From the IMG/VR virus record IMGVR_UViG_3300020401_000073, positions 1 to 27,469 of that record: a DNA stretch of 27,469 nt, one strand, 5' to 3'. Under the pieces are notes generated by a model. It ran no database searches. It saw only the letters and a program-made list of their open reading frames with translations, and was not told the DNA's origin. This document shows positions 7,142-15,677 of this stretch, piece by piece. Source of the DNA: a virus (lineage: Duplodnaviria; Caudoviricetes). The translations under genes and the position numbers were made by a program. Each line of letters begins with the position of its first letter. The first letter of the stretch is position 1.

Positions 7142-7724
7142 GCTTCTTCTCCTTTATAACGTTATAAATTTCCTGCCAATTCATTACTCTTCTGACAGGT
7201 AGTTTATTATCACTATTATAGCCTGCATTGTGCGGAAGGTCAAGTAGTAATGCTACCAAACCTACTGTGGCACCTGTAAAGGCATTTTCTGGCTTGTCTT
7301 CAATCCAAAACATATTTGAACTTTTCCATTTTGATAAAGCCTCCTTTTTGCCTTGCCCAGTATCCAAAAATACAAAATCTTCAAAAACATCACCAAAGTG
7401 ATCTATTAAGTTTCTTTTACGCAATTTGTTTGCTACTGCATCTGTGGATTGACTGGTTACAACAGTGAATTTGTACCCTTCTTCAGCCAATTTCTTGACT
7501 GTTTCAACACTGCCAGGCACGGGCTCTAAATAACCCATCCAAGCAGATTCATTGAATATCTTAATTAATGTTTTGCTAAATCCTTGTGGAAGATGATACA
7601 TCATGTCTATGTCATAATGACCTTTTCCAATCTGTTCGAAGCCATTCAATAGCATCCATTCATGAAAGGCTTTCTCCCATTGCAACAATACTCCGTCGCA
7701 ATCTGTAAGTATGACTTTAGACAT
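7128..7724 (-). CDS. HAD-superfamily 5'-nucleotidase/phosphatase (T4 30.2-like)
   Basis: Motif I DCDGVL, motif II VVTS, motif III K, motif IV WIEDKPEN. Confidence 0.85.
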   Translation of the reverse strand: MSKVILTDCDGVLLQWEKAFHEWMLLNGFEQIGKGHYDIDMMYHLPQGFSKTLIKIFNESAWMGYLEPVPGSVETVKKLAEEGYKFTVVTSQSTDAVANKLRKRNLIDHFGDVFEDFVFLDTGQGKKEALSKWKSSNMFWIEDKPENAFTGATVGLVALLLDLPHNAGYNSDNKLPVRRVMNWQEIYNVIKEKKHGNT

Positions 7725-8025
7725 TTAAATCAGTTTTTGCTAACTTGATTCCTGAAGTTGTTTCTATGTATTGATTTGCAAGTGTTTTTTCGCAGGTTGT
7801 AAGCACCATGATAAATTTTTTATCAATAGATAATTCTGCATCAGGTTCTGGAGTTGCCATCCAAGGCATTAACCCCATACTTTGTTGCATTCTTACAAAT
7901 GCCATTGGTTTCTTTACTTTGATTGAATCTTCGTTTTGAGAAATTAATTTAGCAATCATTTCTTCTCCAGTGGATACTTTAATTGCAACTATTGAATTCT
8001 CGCTTATATTTTTTTCTATTAACAT
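7717..8025 (-). CDS. Sm-like fold phage protein
   Basis: IK.STGEEMIAK.......KKP....PW.....YI..TSGI pattern, as in T4-like Sm-like hypotheticals. Confidence 0.65.
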   Translation of the reverse strand: MLIEKNISENSIVAIKVSTGEEMIAKLISQNEDSIKVKKPMAFVRMQQSMGLMPWMATPEPDAELSIDKKFIMVLTTCEKTLANQYIETTSGIKLAKTDLNV

Positions 8026-8270
8026 TATTTTCCTTCGTTATCGAAATGAGCCTTAAGTTCTTGATACCCACCAATGTACTTACCATCCAAAATTATCTGT
8101 GGCACACTTCTGACATTTGGCACAGATTCCAAAAGTTGTTCTATTGTCCAACCCGAACCTATTTTTCTTTCTTCAAACTCAATATTTTTTTGTTTTAATA
8201 ATGATTTAGCCATGTCGCAATAAGGACATTGCATTTTACTCCATACTATTGTTTCAATTGTCTTTGACAT
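8025..8270 (-). CDS. grx: Glutaredoxin
   Basis: CPYC active site, SVPQI, YIGGY. Confidence 0.95.
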   Translation of the reverse strand: MSKTIETIVWSKMQCPYCDMAKSLLKQKNIEFEERKIGSGWTIEQLLESVPNVRSVPQIILDGKYIGGYQELKAHFDNEGK

Positions 8271-8655
8271 CTGGTACCTCTATTACTCCTATTCCTTCGT
8301 TATGTAGTTCTTTTATTTCTTTATCAGTTGCTGTACCGTATATATGGTCATCACGTTCACCAGCCTCTGCTTTCCGGCATTCGGTAGCAAAACGGTCACC
8401 AACATTTTCGCAGTTTTGAGATATCCAACTGCGTAGATGCTTCACTGCGGCTCTGCCATTAAAGAATGCTGTACTGCCTTTGGCACTAGACTTTTTACTA
8501 ATATTTGGAGCCATTAATGCTCTACGTATCTGTGTGTCATCACACATTGGACAAGCAATCATCTTTTTTCTTTTTTGTTGCAAATAGTCTTTTTCAGATG
8601 CAAACCACCCTTCAAAAGTATGATCATTCGTACAAAGTAAATTATATTTTGCCAT
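8254..8655 (-). CDS. DUF1178 family protein
   Basis: Y.L.C...H.FEGWF.S, CPMC...IRRALMAPN, ENVGDRFA.E.R, IYG.AT..E..EL..EGI. Confidence 0.85.
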   Translation of the reverse strand: MAKYNLLCTNDHTFEGWFASEKDYLQQKRKKMIACPMCDDTQIRRALMAPNISKKSSAKGSTAFFNGRAAVKHLRSWISQNCENVGDRFATECRKAEAGERDDHIYGTATDKEIKELHNEGIGVIEVPDVKDN

Positions 8656-8660
8656 AGTGT

Positions 8661-8689
8661 ATTGTAACTCCTAAAAAGGAAATTGTCAA
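8661..8689 (-). promoter_or_regulatory. Sigma70-type promoter, probably leaderless transcript
   Basis: TTGACA-17-TACAAT, then 5 nt before ATG 8655. Confidence 0.75.
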
Positions 8690-8878
8690 TTACATATTTG
8701 TTCTTTGATCTGTGGGATCGATATGTTTTCCTACTTCGTCATTTTTATCAACGAAATGACTAATGATAACGACTAGGATAGCAAAACCAATTATGCCCCA
8801 AAGAAAATAACCGTCTCTACCTGATAGTAGAAGCAGTAAAACTTCTAAACCATTAAGTTCTGAATAGTCTATTGGCAT
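8690..8878 (-). CDS. Small membrane protein (62 aa)
   Basis: Start ATG 8878 overlaps the nrdB stop (TAATG): MPIDYSELNGLEVLLLLL...FLWGIIGFAILVVII. Confidence 0.7.
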   Translation of the reverse strand: MPIDYSELNGLEVLLLLLSGRDGYFLWGIIGFAILVVIISHFVDKNDEVGKHIDPTDQRTNM

Positions 8879-9978
8879 TATAATGAAAACTTTTTGAACT
8901 GTCCTTTTTGAACATCTTGTTTCACACCACCAATTAGATATGATTCTACTTCTGTTTCTTGTGGTGCTACTTGTAAACCTTTTGATGATAACCAATGCTG
9001 TGTCCATGGAAGAGGATTTTGACTTGCTGGAATATCATATATAGGATCATAGCCTAATGCTCTTAATCTTTTGTTACAAATCCATTCTACATATTGACCT
9101 AATAGTTTTTCGTTCAATCCTATTATTGATCCATCTTTAAATAAATGTTTTGCCCATGCTTTTTCTTCTTCAACACATTTTTTAAACATATCAATTACTG
9201 TTTTGTCTAAACCTTTCATAACTTTTGTCATTTCTTTGTCATCACCTTTTTGCCATGCTTTGATAACGTGTGTAGACAAGTTCAAGTGTGTTGCTTCATC
9301 TCTTGCAATCAAAGATAATATTTTAGCAGAACCTTCCATAAGTTTCAATTCACCAAATGCGAAAGTACAAGCGAACGAAACATAAAATCTTAAACCTTCT
9401 AGCAAATTAACATTTACCATTGCAAGGTATAATGCTTTTTTAACATCAGCAATATCACCTTTGCCTCTTACAACATAGTCTTGAGCCAATTCGCTAAACT
9501 TATCGTAATTTTGTGTAACTGATACTGCTCTCTTTAAAATTTCTTTATCATCTAAAATAGTATCAAATACTTCTGAAGGATCCGAATACACATTCTTCAT
9601 TATATGTGTGTATGCTCTTGAGTGTATTGTTTCAAAAAAGTCCCAAGTAACAATGCATCCTTCTAATTCTGGATTAGAGCAGTAAGGTAAAAAAGATAAA
9701 CATGGTCCTCTTCCTTGTACTGAATCTAATAATGTTTGATATTTTAAATTAGATGTAAAAATATGTTTCTGTTCTGGTCTAAATGATTGATAATCCGCTC
9801 TGTCTTTTTGTAAAGATACTTCTTCTGCTCTCCAAAAATATCCTAGCATTGTTTGATTTAATTTGTCAAACTGAGGGTACTTAAACACATCATATCTTTG
9901 CACGTTTTGATCCGCACCAAAGAACATGGGTTCTTTTGTAAAATCTATATCTTCTCTATTGAATACTGTTTTCGCCAT
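8878..9978 (-). CDS. nrdB: Ribonucleotide reductase class Ia beta subunit
   Basis: FWRAEEV, LLDSVQGRGP, FETIHSRAY (radical Tyr), LEGLRFYVSF, RDEATH, VAPQETEVESY. Confidence 0.98.
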   Translation of the reverse strand: MAKTVFNREDIDFTKEPMFFGADQNVQRYDVFKYPQFDKLNQTMLGYFWRAEEVSLQKDRADYQSFRPEQKHIFTSNLKYQTLLDSVQGRGPCLSFLPYCSNPELEGCIVTWDFFETIHSRAYTHIMKNVYSDPSEVFDTILDDKEILKRAVSVTQNYDKFSELAQDYVVRGKGDIADVKKALYLAMVNVNLLEGLRFYVSFACTFAFGELKLMEGSAKILSLIARDEATHLNLSTHVIKAWQKGDDKEMTKVMKGLDKTVIDMFKKCVEEEKAWAKHLFKDGSIIGLNEKLLGQYVEWICNKRLRALGYDPIYDIPASQNPLPWTQHWLSSKGLQVAPQETEVESYLIGGVKQDVQKGQFKKFSL

Positions 9979-9994
9979 AACGTATTAATTATCA

Positions 9995-10023
9995 ATTATA
10001 CCTTTATTTTGTGATTTAGTCAA
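9995..10023 (-). promoter_or_regulatory. Sigma70-type promoter for nrdB
   Basis: TTGACT-17-TATAAT. Confidence 0.8.
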
Positions 10024-10024
10024 T

Positions 10025-12466
10025 CTAAATTGTGCAGGCTTCACATTCGCCATCTTCATCTTCTGCTTTAGCAGTTTCCATTTTTGCTTCACCATTTACG
10101 TGATGACCATTTAAATGACCATTTAATGGTGCTTCACCATTTATGGATTCGCTATTAACTTCGTAATGTTCTTCCATTGCAACTCCTGATGGTTGCACAT
10201 CTTCTTCCTCACCTTTAAAGTCATATGTATTTTGATAGTAAGAAGTTTTCCAACCATATTTGTATGCAGTTAACATATCTTGCGCCATTGCTGAAATAGG
10301 CACTTCATTGTTATCAAACTGTAAAGGATTGTAACTCCAGTTGCCTGATATTGCTTGATCAAAATATTTCTGCATCATTGATACAACTTTAATGTATCCT
10401 TCGTTGCTTGGCATATCCCAAAGTAGAGTATAGTCATTTTTAAGTTTAGGGAATCCTGGAACAATTTGTTTTAATGGTCCTTTTTTACTTTTCTTAATTG
10501 ACAGCAATGCTCTAGGCGGTTCAATACCGTTAGTTTCGTTACTAACAACGGAAGAACTTTCTGATGGCATTTGTGCTGACAATGTTGAATGTCTTAAGCC
10601 ATATTTTGCAATATCTTTTCTTAAACTTTCCCATGCCATACGTTGTTTGTGTGGCACAATTTCATCAACTTCTTTTTTGTAGTGATCAATTGGCAGTAAT
10701 CCATCTGCATATTTTGTTCTATCAAAACCATCACACTTGCCTTTTTCTTCTGCAAGATTGCATGATGCTCTTAAAAGATAATATTGAAATGCTTCTGTCA
10801 ATCTATCTACTGATTCCCAAGCACCTTTGTCTGAATATTTGTATCCTTGTTTTGCAAGATAGTGTGCTAAACCAATATATCCTATACCTAAAGAACGTCT
10901 TGCTTTTGTGCTGACTTCTGCCGCCTTCACTGGATAATCTTGATAGTCAATTATTTCATCTAGTGAACGCACTGCTAAATCACATAAGTTTTCTAAACTG
11001 TCTAAATTGTTTAATTGTCCTACGTTTATTGCACTTAAAATACATAATGCTATTTCACCTTTGTCATCATCAATGCCTTGTATAGGTGTTGTAGGCAATG
11101 TAATTTCCTGACACAAATTACTCATAGAAACTTTGTCTTTGAATGAACTGTGACTGTTTGCATGGTCCATATTCATAATGTAAATTCTGCCTGTCTCTGC
11201 TCTTTCTTTTAATAGGTCAAAGAAAAGTTCTTGTGCACCAATTGTTTTACGTGGAATAGATTCATCTTTTTCATATTTTTTATACAATGCATCAAACTTA
11301 TCTGTTCCAAATGCATCATACAGTCCTGGTACTTCATGAGGTGAAAACAAAGTTATATCATCTTCATTTATAAATCTTTCATAGAACAATTTAGATATCT
11401 GTATGGAGTAGTCCATACGTCTTACTCTATTGTCTTCAGTTCCTTTGTTATTTTTTAATACAAGTATGTCTTCGATCTCTTGATGCCATATTGGAAAGTG
11501 TACCGTTGCGTTTCCACCACGCACTCCATTTTGCGTACAACATCTTACAGTTGATTCGAATTTTTTTAGGAACGGAACGACACCTGTGTGTTGTACCTCA
11601 CCACCTCTAATTTTAGAATTAATGCCTCTGATACGTCCTGCATTAATTCCTATACCTGCACGTCTGGCAACATATAAACCAATTGCCATATCACTTGAAA
11701 AAATTGATGGTAGTGTATCATCACTGTCTACAAGTACACAAGATGCAAATTGTCGTATAGGAGTTCTTACTCCTGCCATTACTGGTGTAGGTATATTAAT
11801 TTTAAATGTCGATATTGCGTCATAATATTTTTTAATATATGACATTCTATTTTTCTTTGGATAGTTTGCAAACAAGGTTGCCGCAATCATCATGTACATA
11901 TCTTGTGGAGTTTCATACAATGCACCTGTACTTCTGTCTTGCACAAGATACTTGTCAACAACTTGTCTTAATCCTGCATATGTAAAATCTAAATCCCTGT
12001 CTCTTTTTATCCAGGTATTCATTTTCTTTATTTCAGTTTTATTAAACTGTTCAACTATTGCTTTATCATAAACACCAACTCTGATATTTCTCATTATTAA
12101 TTTTAGTAATGGAATATATTCGTATTGTCCGTGTGCTTCTTTTCTTACATCATAAGATAAAAGTCTTGCCGCGGCATATTGATAGTTGGGTGCTTCTAAT
12201 GAAATAAGATCATTTGCTGATCTTACTAAAATTTGTTGTACTTCTTTTGTAGTCATGCCGTCATAAAATTGTATGTTGGCATTAATTTCTATCTGCGAAC
12301 TTGACACACCTGACAAGCCTTCGCAAGCCTCTTCAACAACAAAATGAATCTTGTCAATATCTAGTGGTTCTAAACGACCGTCTCTTTTCTTGATTTGTAT
12401 TGTTGAAGTATTAGTGATTGTTTCCTTAGATGTTGTTAATTCCATTGTCTTCCTATTCGTATTCAA
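10025..12466 (-). CDS. nrdA: Ribonucleotide reductase class Ia alpha subunit with ATP cone
   Basis: IKKRDG ATP cone, QFASCVL, SNLCQEI, CILSAIN, MPSESSS, KTSYY, C-terminal CEAC. The start may be the second ATG (12445). Confidence 0.98.
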   Translation of the reverse strand: MNTNRKTMELTTSKETITNTSTIQIKKRDGRLEPLDIDKIHFVVEEACEGLSGVSSSQIEINANIQFYDGMTTKEVQQILVRSANDLISLEAPNYQYAAARLLSYDVRKEAHGQYEYIPLLKLIMRNIRVGVYDKAIVEQFNKTEIKKMNTWIKRDRDLDFTYAGLRQVVDKYLVQDRSTGALYETPQDMYMMIAATLFANYPKKNRMSYIKKYYDAISTFKINIPTPVMAGVRTPIRQFASCVLVDSDDTLPSIFSSDMAIGLYVARRAGIGINAGRIRGINSKIRGGEVQHTGVVPFLKKFESTVRCCTQNGVRGGNATVHFPIWHQEIEDILVLKNNKGTEDNRVRRMDYSIQISKLFYERFINEDDITLFSPHEVPGLYDAFGTDKFDALYKKYEKDESIPRKTIGAQELFFDLLKERAETGRIYIMNMDHANSHSSFKDKVSMSNLCQEITLPTTPIQGIDDDKGEIALCILSAINVGQLNNLDSLENLCDLAVRSLDEIIDYQDYPVKAAEVSTKARRSLGIGYIGLAHYLAKQGYKYSDKGAWESVDRLTEAFQYYLLRASCNLAEEKGKCDGFDRTKYADGLLPIDHYKKEVDEIVPHKQRMAWESLRKDIAKYGLRHSTLSAQMPSESSSVVSNETNGIEPPRALLSIKKSKKGPLKQIVPGFPKLKNDYTLLWDMPSNEGYIKVVSMMQKYFDQAISGNWSYNPLQFDNNEVPISAMAQDMLTAYKYGWKTSYYQNTYDFKGEEEDVQPSGVAMEEHYEVNSESINGEAPLNGHLNGHHVNGEAKMETAKAEDEDGECEACTI

Positions 12467-12480
12467 TTCCGTTTAAACTA

Positions 12481-12972
12481 TTACTTATCAGTTTCGCGTA
12501 TGATTTTATTATATTGTTGAATATATTTTTTGTCAAATGTTTGTTCATCAAAACTTTCTTTATTCTGGCAGTCTATAAACAACTTGCCTACCGTTATAAT
12601 ATAATAAAACTTATGGTTGTTATCGGATTCTTCCTTTGTAACTGCTCTAATTATCGAGAATTTTTCCTTACAAAAACGCTCAGTTAAGTTAACAGTATAC
12701 ATAACTCCTAAACATTTGTCAAACAAATTGTATTCATTTTTTTCCAATAGTTGCCAAGCAGAGGGCCATGTGTCTTTTTTGAAATAGTCTGTAGATGTTT
12801 TTGTTAAAGGACAATGTTGATACACATCCAAAACAGTTTGTATGCAACTGTTGTCTGTGGATAAACTGTTTCTTAAATTACGCCAGGCTGACAAACGTTG
12901 TTCATAACCGGCATTGAATAAAATTTGACTAGTGAATAGATTTGATTGATATGTTGAGTGTTCCTGTTTCAT
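12481..12972 (-). CDS. Conserved phage hypothetical protein (start uncertain)
   Basis: YEQRLSAWRNLR, WPSAWQLL..N.Y....KCLG..YT motifs. The 5' end overlaps the upstream gene. Confidence 0.75.
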   Translation of the reverse strand: MKQEHSTYQSNLFTSQILFNAGYEQRLSAWRNLRNSLSTDNSCIQTVLDVYQHCPLTKTSTDYFKKDTWPSAWQLLEKNEYNLFDKCLGVMYTVNLTERFCKEKFSIIRAVTKEESDNNHKFYYIITVGKLFIDCQNKESFDEQTFDKKYIQQYNKIIRETDK

Positions 12973-14542
12973 TCGCTATTGCGTGAGTGTAATATAATAC
13001 TACCGTATTGTTGCCTGTTAATCCTAATTGTGCTGTAAAAGTTGGATCTGGTTGGTTACCTGGTGTTGCGCCTGTGTATCTAAATTCATCATCCAATGTG
13101 ACTGTGTTTGTATCTTTATCCACAAATAAAGTTAATGTTCCTGTTCTTTCATTGTCTGACGGTGAACTCTTGTACACATAAGATATTTCATACTGTCTAG
13201 ATATTTCAGCAGGTAATTTTAACCATTGTGTGATAGTTGCATTTGTTGTTAAATCTAGTGGTTGTAAATTTTCAGCCAATGTGCCTGAATGTTTGCCTGT
13301 GATTTCTGGCACATACACTTCCGTTCCATTTGCTGGTTCAATTGCAAGAGCATAAGTTCTTGCAAAAAAGTCCGAGTCGCTTTTGTTACCTGTTGATTTG
13401 AAATCTATAATTGCATGAACTGGACTACCATCACCATTACCATCATTACCAACATCAAAAAATCTATTGTTACTACTTGTATTTTGTGTTCCATTGAAAA
13501 CAATTAATGCAGTTCTATCAATGTCTATGAATTTTGTGTTTAAGAACTTGTTGCCAATTGGTCCTTGTAAATGAGTACCAACATTCACTGCATTAGGATC
13601 TTCGCCTATTAAAATACCTTGTCTACACATTTCAATAATACAATTAGAAAAAATATTATCCACCATTAAATCTGTAAACTGACTTACAAGTGCGTAAGAG
13701 AAACCTTCTATTCTTACTCTGTCAAATAAATTATTATTTGTCTGTGCGATAGTTTGTTGAGTAGATAATGTTTTTACTTTTATTCCTATGCTGTTTGTAG
13801 AATTTGCAGTTCCAGAAACCCAGTTTGATTTTATTTGTACATCTTTAAATTCACTATTAGCACAATCTCTTAATAGTAAACCTATGTTGTCTCCAGTTGT
13901 TTCTAGAGTCATACCTTCTATCTTTATCTCACGTGCTTGGTTGAGTGTTGTTGTTGAGGTTTGATCACCTGCGTCAATAGGTGTACGTGTATCATTTACA
14001 GTTTCAAACACTGGTTCATTTGCTGTTTGAATGAATATTGTTTTGTCGCTTCCATCTCCTATTATGTTTGCGTGAGGTGGCACTTTAATACTTGTATTCA
14101 ATTGATACTGTCCTGCTGGAATTTTAAGTGTGACTCTTGAACTTGGAACAGTTTTGTCTGTGTTTGCAAATAGTTGGTCTATTGCATATTGAATTTTGTC
14201 TGCTTGTTGAGAGTTGTCTCCATTTGCACCAAATGAACGAACAGAAACATTTTCGTCTAATCTTTCCTGGAGTGTTCTAGATATAACAGGATCACCTGTG
14301 GTTACAACTGAACTGTCTTTGTTGTACACATATTGATCTGCTAATTCAAACAAATTTGTTTTAGTAGATAATATTTCAGTGTTTCCAACTGCTGGTGCTC
14401 CTTCAGCCACTGCACCATTACCAATGTATAATTTTTGTGTATCTACTGCCCATGCTAGTTCACCACCAGCCAACTGAGGTACACCATCTTGGTTCTCTCT
14501 ACCCCTACGTACTTGTATTCTTGAAATTGAAACTATTGCCAC
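12929..14542 (-). CDS. Tail fibre/spike: Mtd-type N-terminal domain plus pectate-lyase-3-like beta helix
   Basis: RIQVRRG...PQLAGGELAWAVDTQKLYIGNG, RTLQERLD..VSVRSFGANGD, IPAGQY, IIGDG, Asn-rich beta-helix repeats. GTG start with SD AGGAG and TAAATA at 14563-14568. Confidence 0.8.
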   Translation of the reverse strand: MAIVSISRIQVRRGRENQDGVPQLAGGELAWAVDTQKLYIGNGAVAEGAPAVGNTEILSTKTNLFELADQYVYNKDSSVVTTGDPVISRTLQERLDENVSVRSFGANGDNSQQADKIQYAIDQLFANTDKTVPSSRVTLKIPAGQYQLNTSIKVPPHANIIGDGSDKTIFIQTANEPVFETVNDTRTPIDAGDQTSTTTLNQAREIKIEGMTLETTGDNIGLLLRDCANSEFKDVQIKSNWVSGTANSTNSIGIKVKTLSTQQTIAQTNNNLFDRVRIEGFSYALVSQFTDLMVDNIFSNCIIEMCRQGILIGEDPNAVNVGTHLQGPIGNKFLNTKFIDIDRTALIVFNGTQNTSSNNRFFDVGNDGNGDGSPVHAIIDFKSTGNKSDSDFFARTYALAIEPANGTEVYVPEITGKHSGTLAENLQPLDLTTNATITQWLKLPAEISRQYEISYVYKSSPSDNERTGTLTLFVDKDTNTVTLDDEFRYTGATPGNQPDPTFTAQLGLTGNNTVVLYYTHAIANETGTLNISIKSIH

Positions 14543-14598
14543 TTTTTAAACTCCTTGCAGAGTATTTATCAGGTGTTTGATATAAAGTTCAGAAGCGA

Positions 14599-15282
14599 TT
14601 AAACTGCGTACTTAACGTAATATTCTTCAACACGATCCCACCATTTTTTCCTATATTTGTCGTATTCATTTGGTGTGATGTTGAACTGTTGATATTGAAA
14701 GTCTCTGCTACACATCAATACGTGTCCTGATTTGATGTTTGTGCCGTACACTTCATTGTGTGCTTCAGCATAGGCAACCAATTGTAAGAAGTAATCTTCT
14801 ATGTACTCTTTCTTTTTAGGTCTATTGGTTTGTTTAAAGTCCATTATTGCTGGTTGACCTTTCATAATACCTATTAAGTCTGTTGTGCCTGCATATATTT
14901 TAGGATGATATAGATTAACCTCTGTACCCCAAAATTCATTTACATGAACTAATGCTTTGTCATGCACAACTTTTGCCATCTTGTGTGCTTGTTGCGAGTA
15001 AGGATTAGAACCTGGATCTTTCCAATCTCCTGTGGTTATGTAGTCTTCTAAAAATTTGTGCATTCTTGTACCTATACCACTGGCTTCTTTAGTAATCATC
15101 TTGGCTGTTTCTTCACCAACCTTTTTTCGCCATTCCATCAAATAAGTTTTATCTTTAGTGCTATCTAAAATAGTGGTCACACTGGCAACAGCATTTCCAT
15201 CTGGACACATATACATCCTTCTGCCGTTTACACTACTACGTTTGATTTCTGCGTAATTAAATTTTTGTTGTATTAAAGTCAT
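14599..15282 (-). CDS. PD-(D/E)xK exonuclease (T4-like phage/MGME1-like)
   Basis: SVTTIL, WRKKVG, GTRMH, E..L, YAGTTDL, MDFKQT, QLVAYA. Confidence 0.88.
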   Translation of the reverse strand: MTLIQQKFNYAEIKRSSVNGRRMYMCPDGNAVASVTTILDSTKDKTYLMEWRKKVGEETAKMITKEASGIGTRMHKFLEDYITTGDWKDPGSNPYSQQAHKMAKVVHDKALVHVNEFWGTEVNLYHPKIYAGTTDLIGIMKGQPAIMDFKQTNRPKKKEYIEDYFLQLVAYAEAHNEVYGTNIKSGHVLMCSRDFQYQQFNITPNEYDKYRKKWWDRVEEYYVKYAV

Positions 15283-15318
15283 GTCGGATTTAAACTCGCT
15301 ACTAGATTTTTTATTTTA

Positions 15319-15347
15319 ATTGTATATTATGTTTAAAAGATTGTCAA
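15319..15347 (-). promoter_or_regulatory. Sigma70-type promoter
   Basis: TTGACA-17-TACAAT directly after the upstream stop codon. Confidence 0.75.
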
Positions 15348-15677
15348 TTACTTTCTTTTGGCAGTGGCACGTTTTGCCATTTTCTCTACACTGTCAGAAG
15401 ATTTTTTATCGCTTACAGGTTCTGCATCTGAATCTGCTTTTGTTTTTAAATGTATTGTGGTTGAATCAAACTTTTTGACTATGTTTTTTAATTCCGGATT
15501 GGCATCATACATCTGTTTAAATCCATCATAACTGATGTTGGAGCCTCCGACATTGCTTAACATCTTACTCAAAGCCTGGTAATTTAATATTGCAGGTTGA
15601 GAATTTGTGTCTGCTGTTGATATTAAGTTTCTAAATATCTGAATTAGTTTTGTGTCGGAGGCTTCCGAAATTAAGCC
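15348..15677 (-). CDS. Hypothetical domain probably expressed by -1 frameshift from the upstream 454-aa ORF
   Basis: The frame is open from 15710 to the stop at 15348, with no ATG/GTG/TTG before 15572. Protein-like GLISEASDTKLIQIFRNLISTADT begins exactly at the A9G run. Confidence 0.7.
   Translation of the reverse strand, partial: GLISEASDTKLIQIFRNLISTADTNSQPAILNYQALSKMLSNVGGSNISYDGFKQMYDANPELKNIVKKFDSTTIHLKTKADSDAEPVSDKKSSDSVEKMAKRATAKRK

Noticed and set aside
8879-9007. N-terminal extension of the 8690-9007 ORF
   Set aside because: It overlaps the nrdB 3' end. ATG 8878 with TAATG coupling is a better start.
8878-12466. Introns, inteins or homing endonucleases in nrdA/nrdB
   Set aside because: Both frames are continuous and of normal length, with motifs in the expected spacing.
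12929-14542. Diversity-generating retroelement suggested by the Mtd-like N-terminus
   Set aside because: No reverse transcriptase and no template/variable repeat pair is visible. The N-terminal domain is a generic fibre-attachment module.
14599-15282. Cas4/CRISPR association of the nuclease
   Set aside because: It lacks the four-Cys Fe-S arrangement, and no repeat-spacer array or other cas genes are visible.
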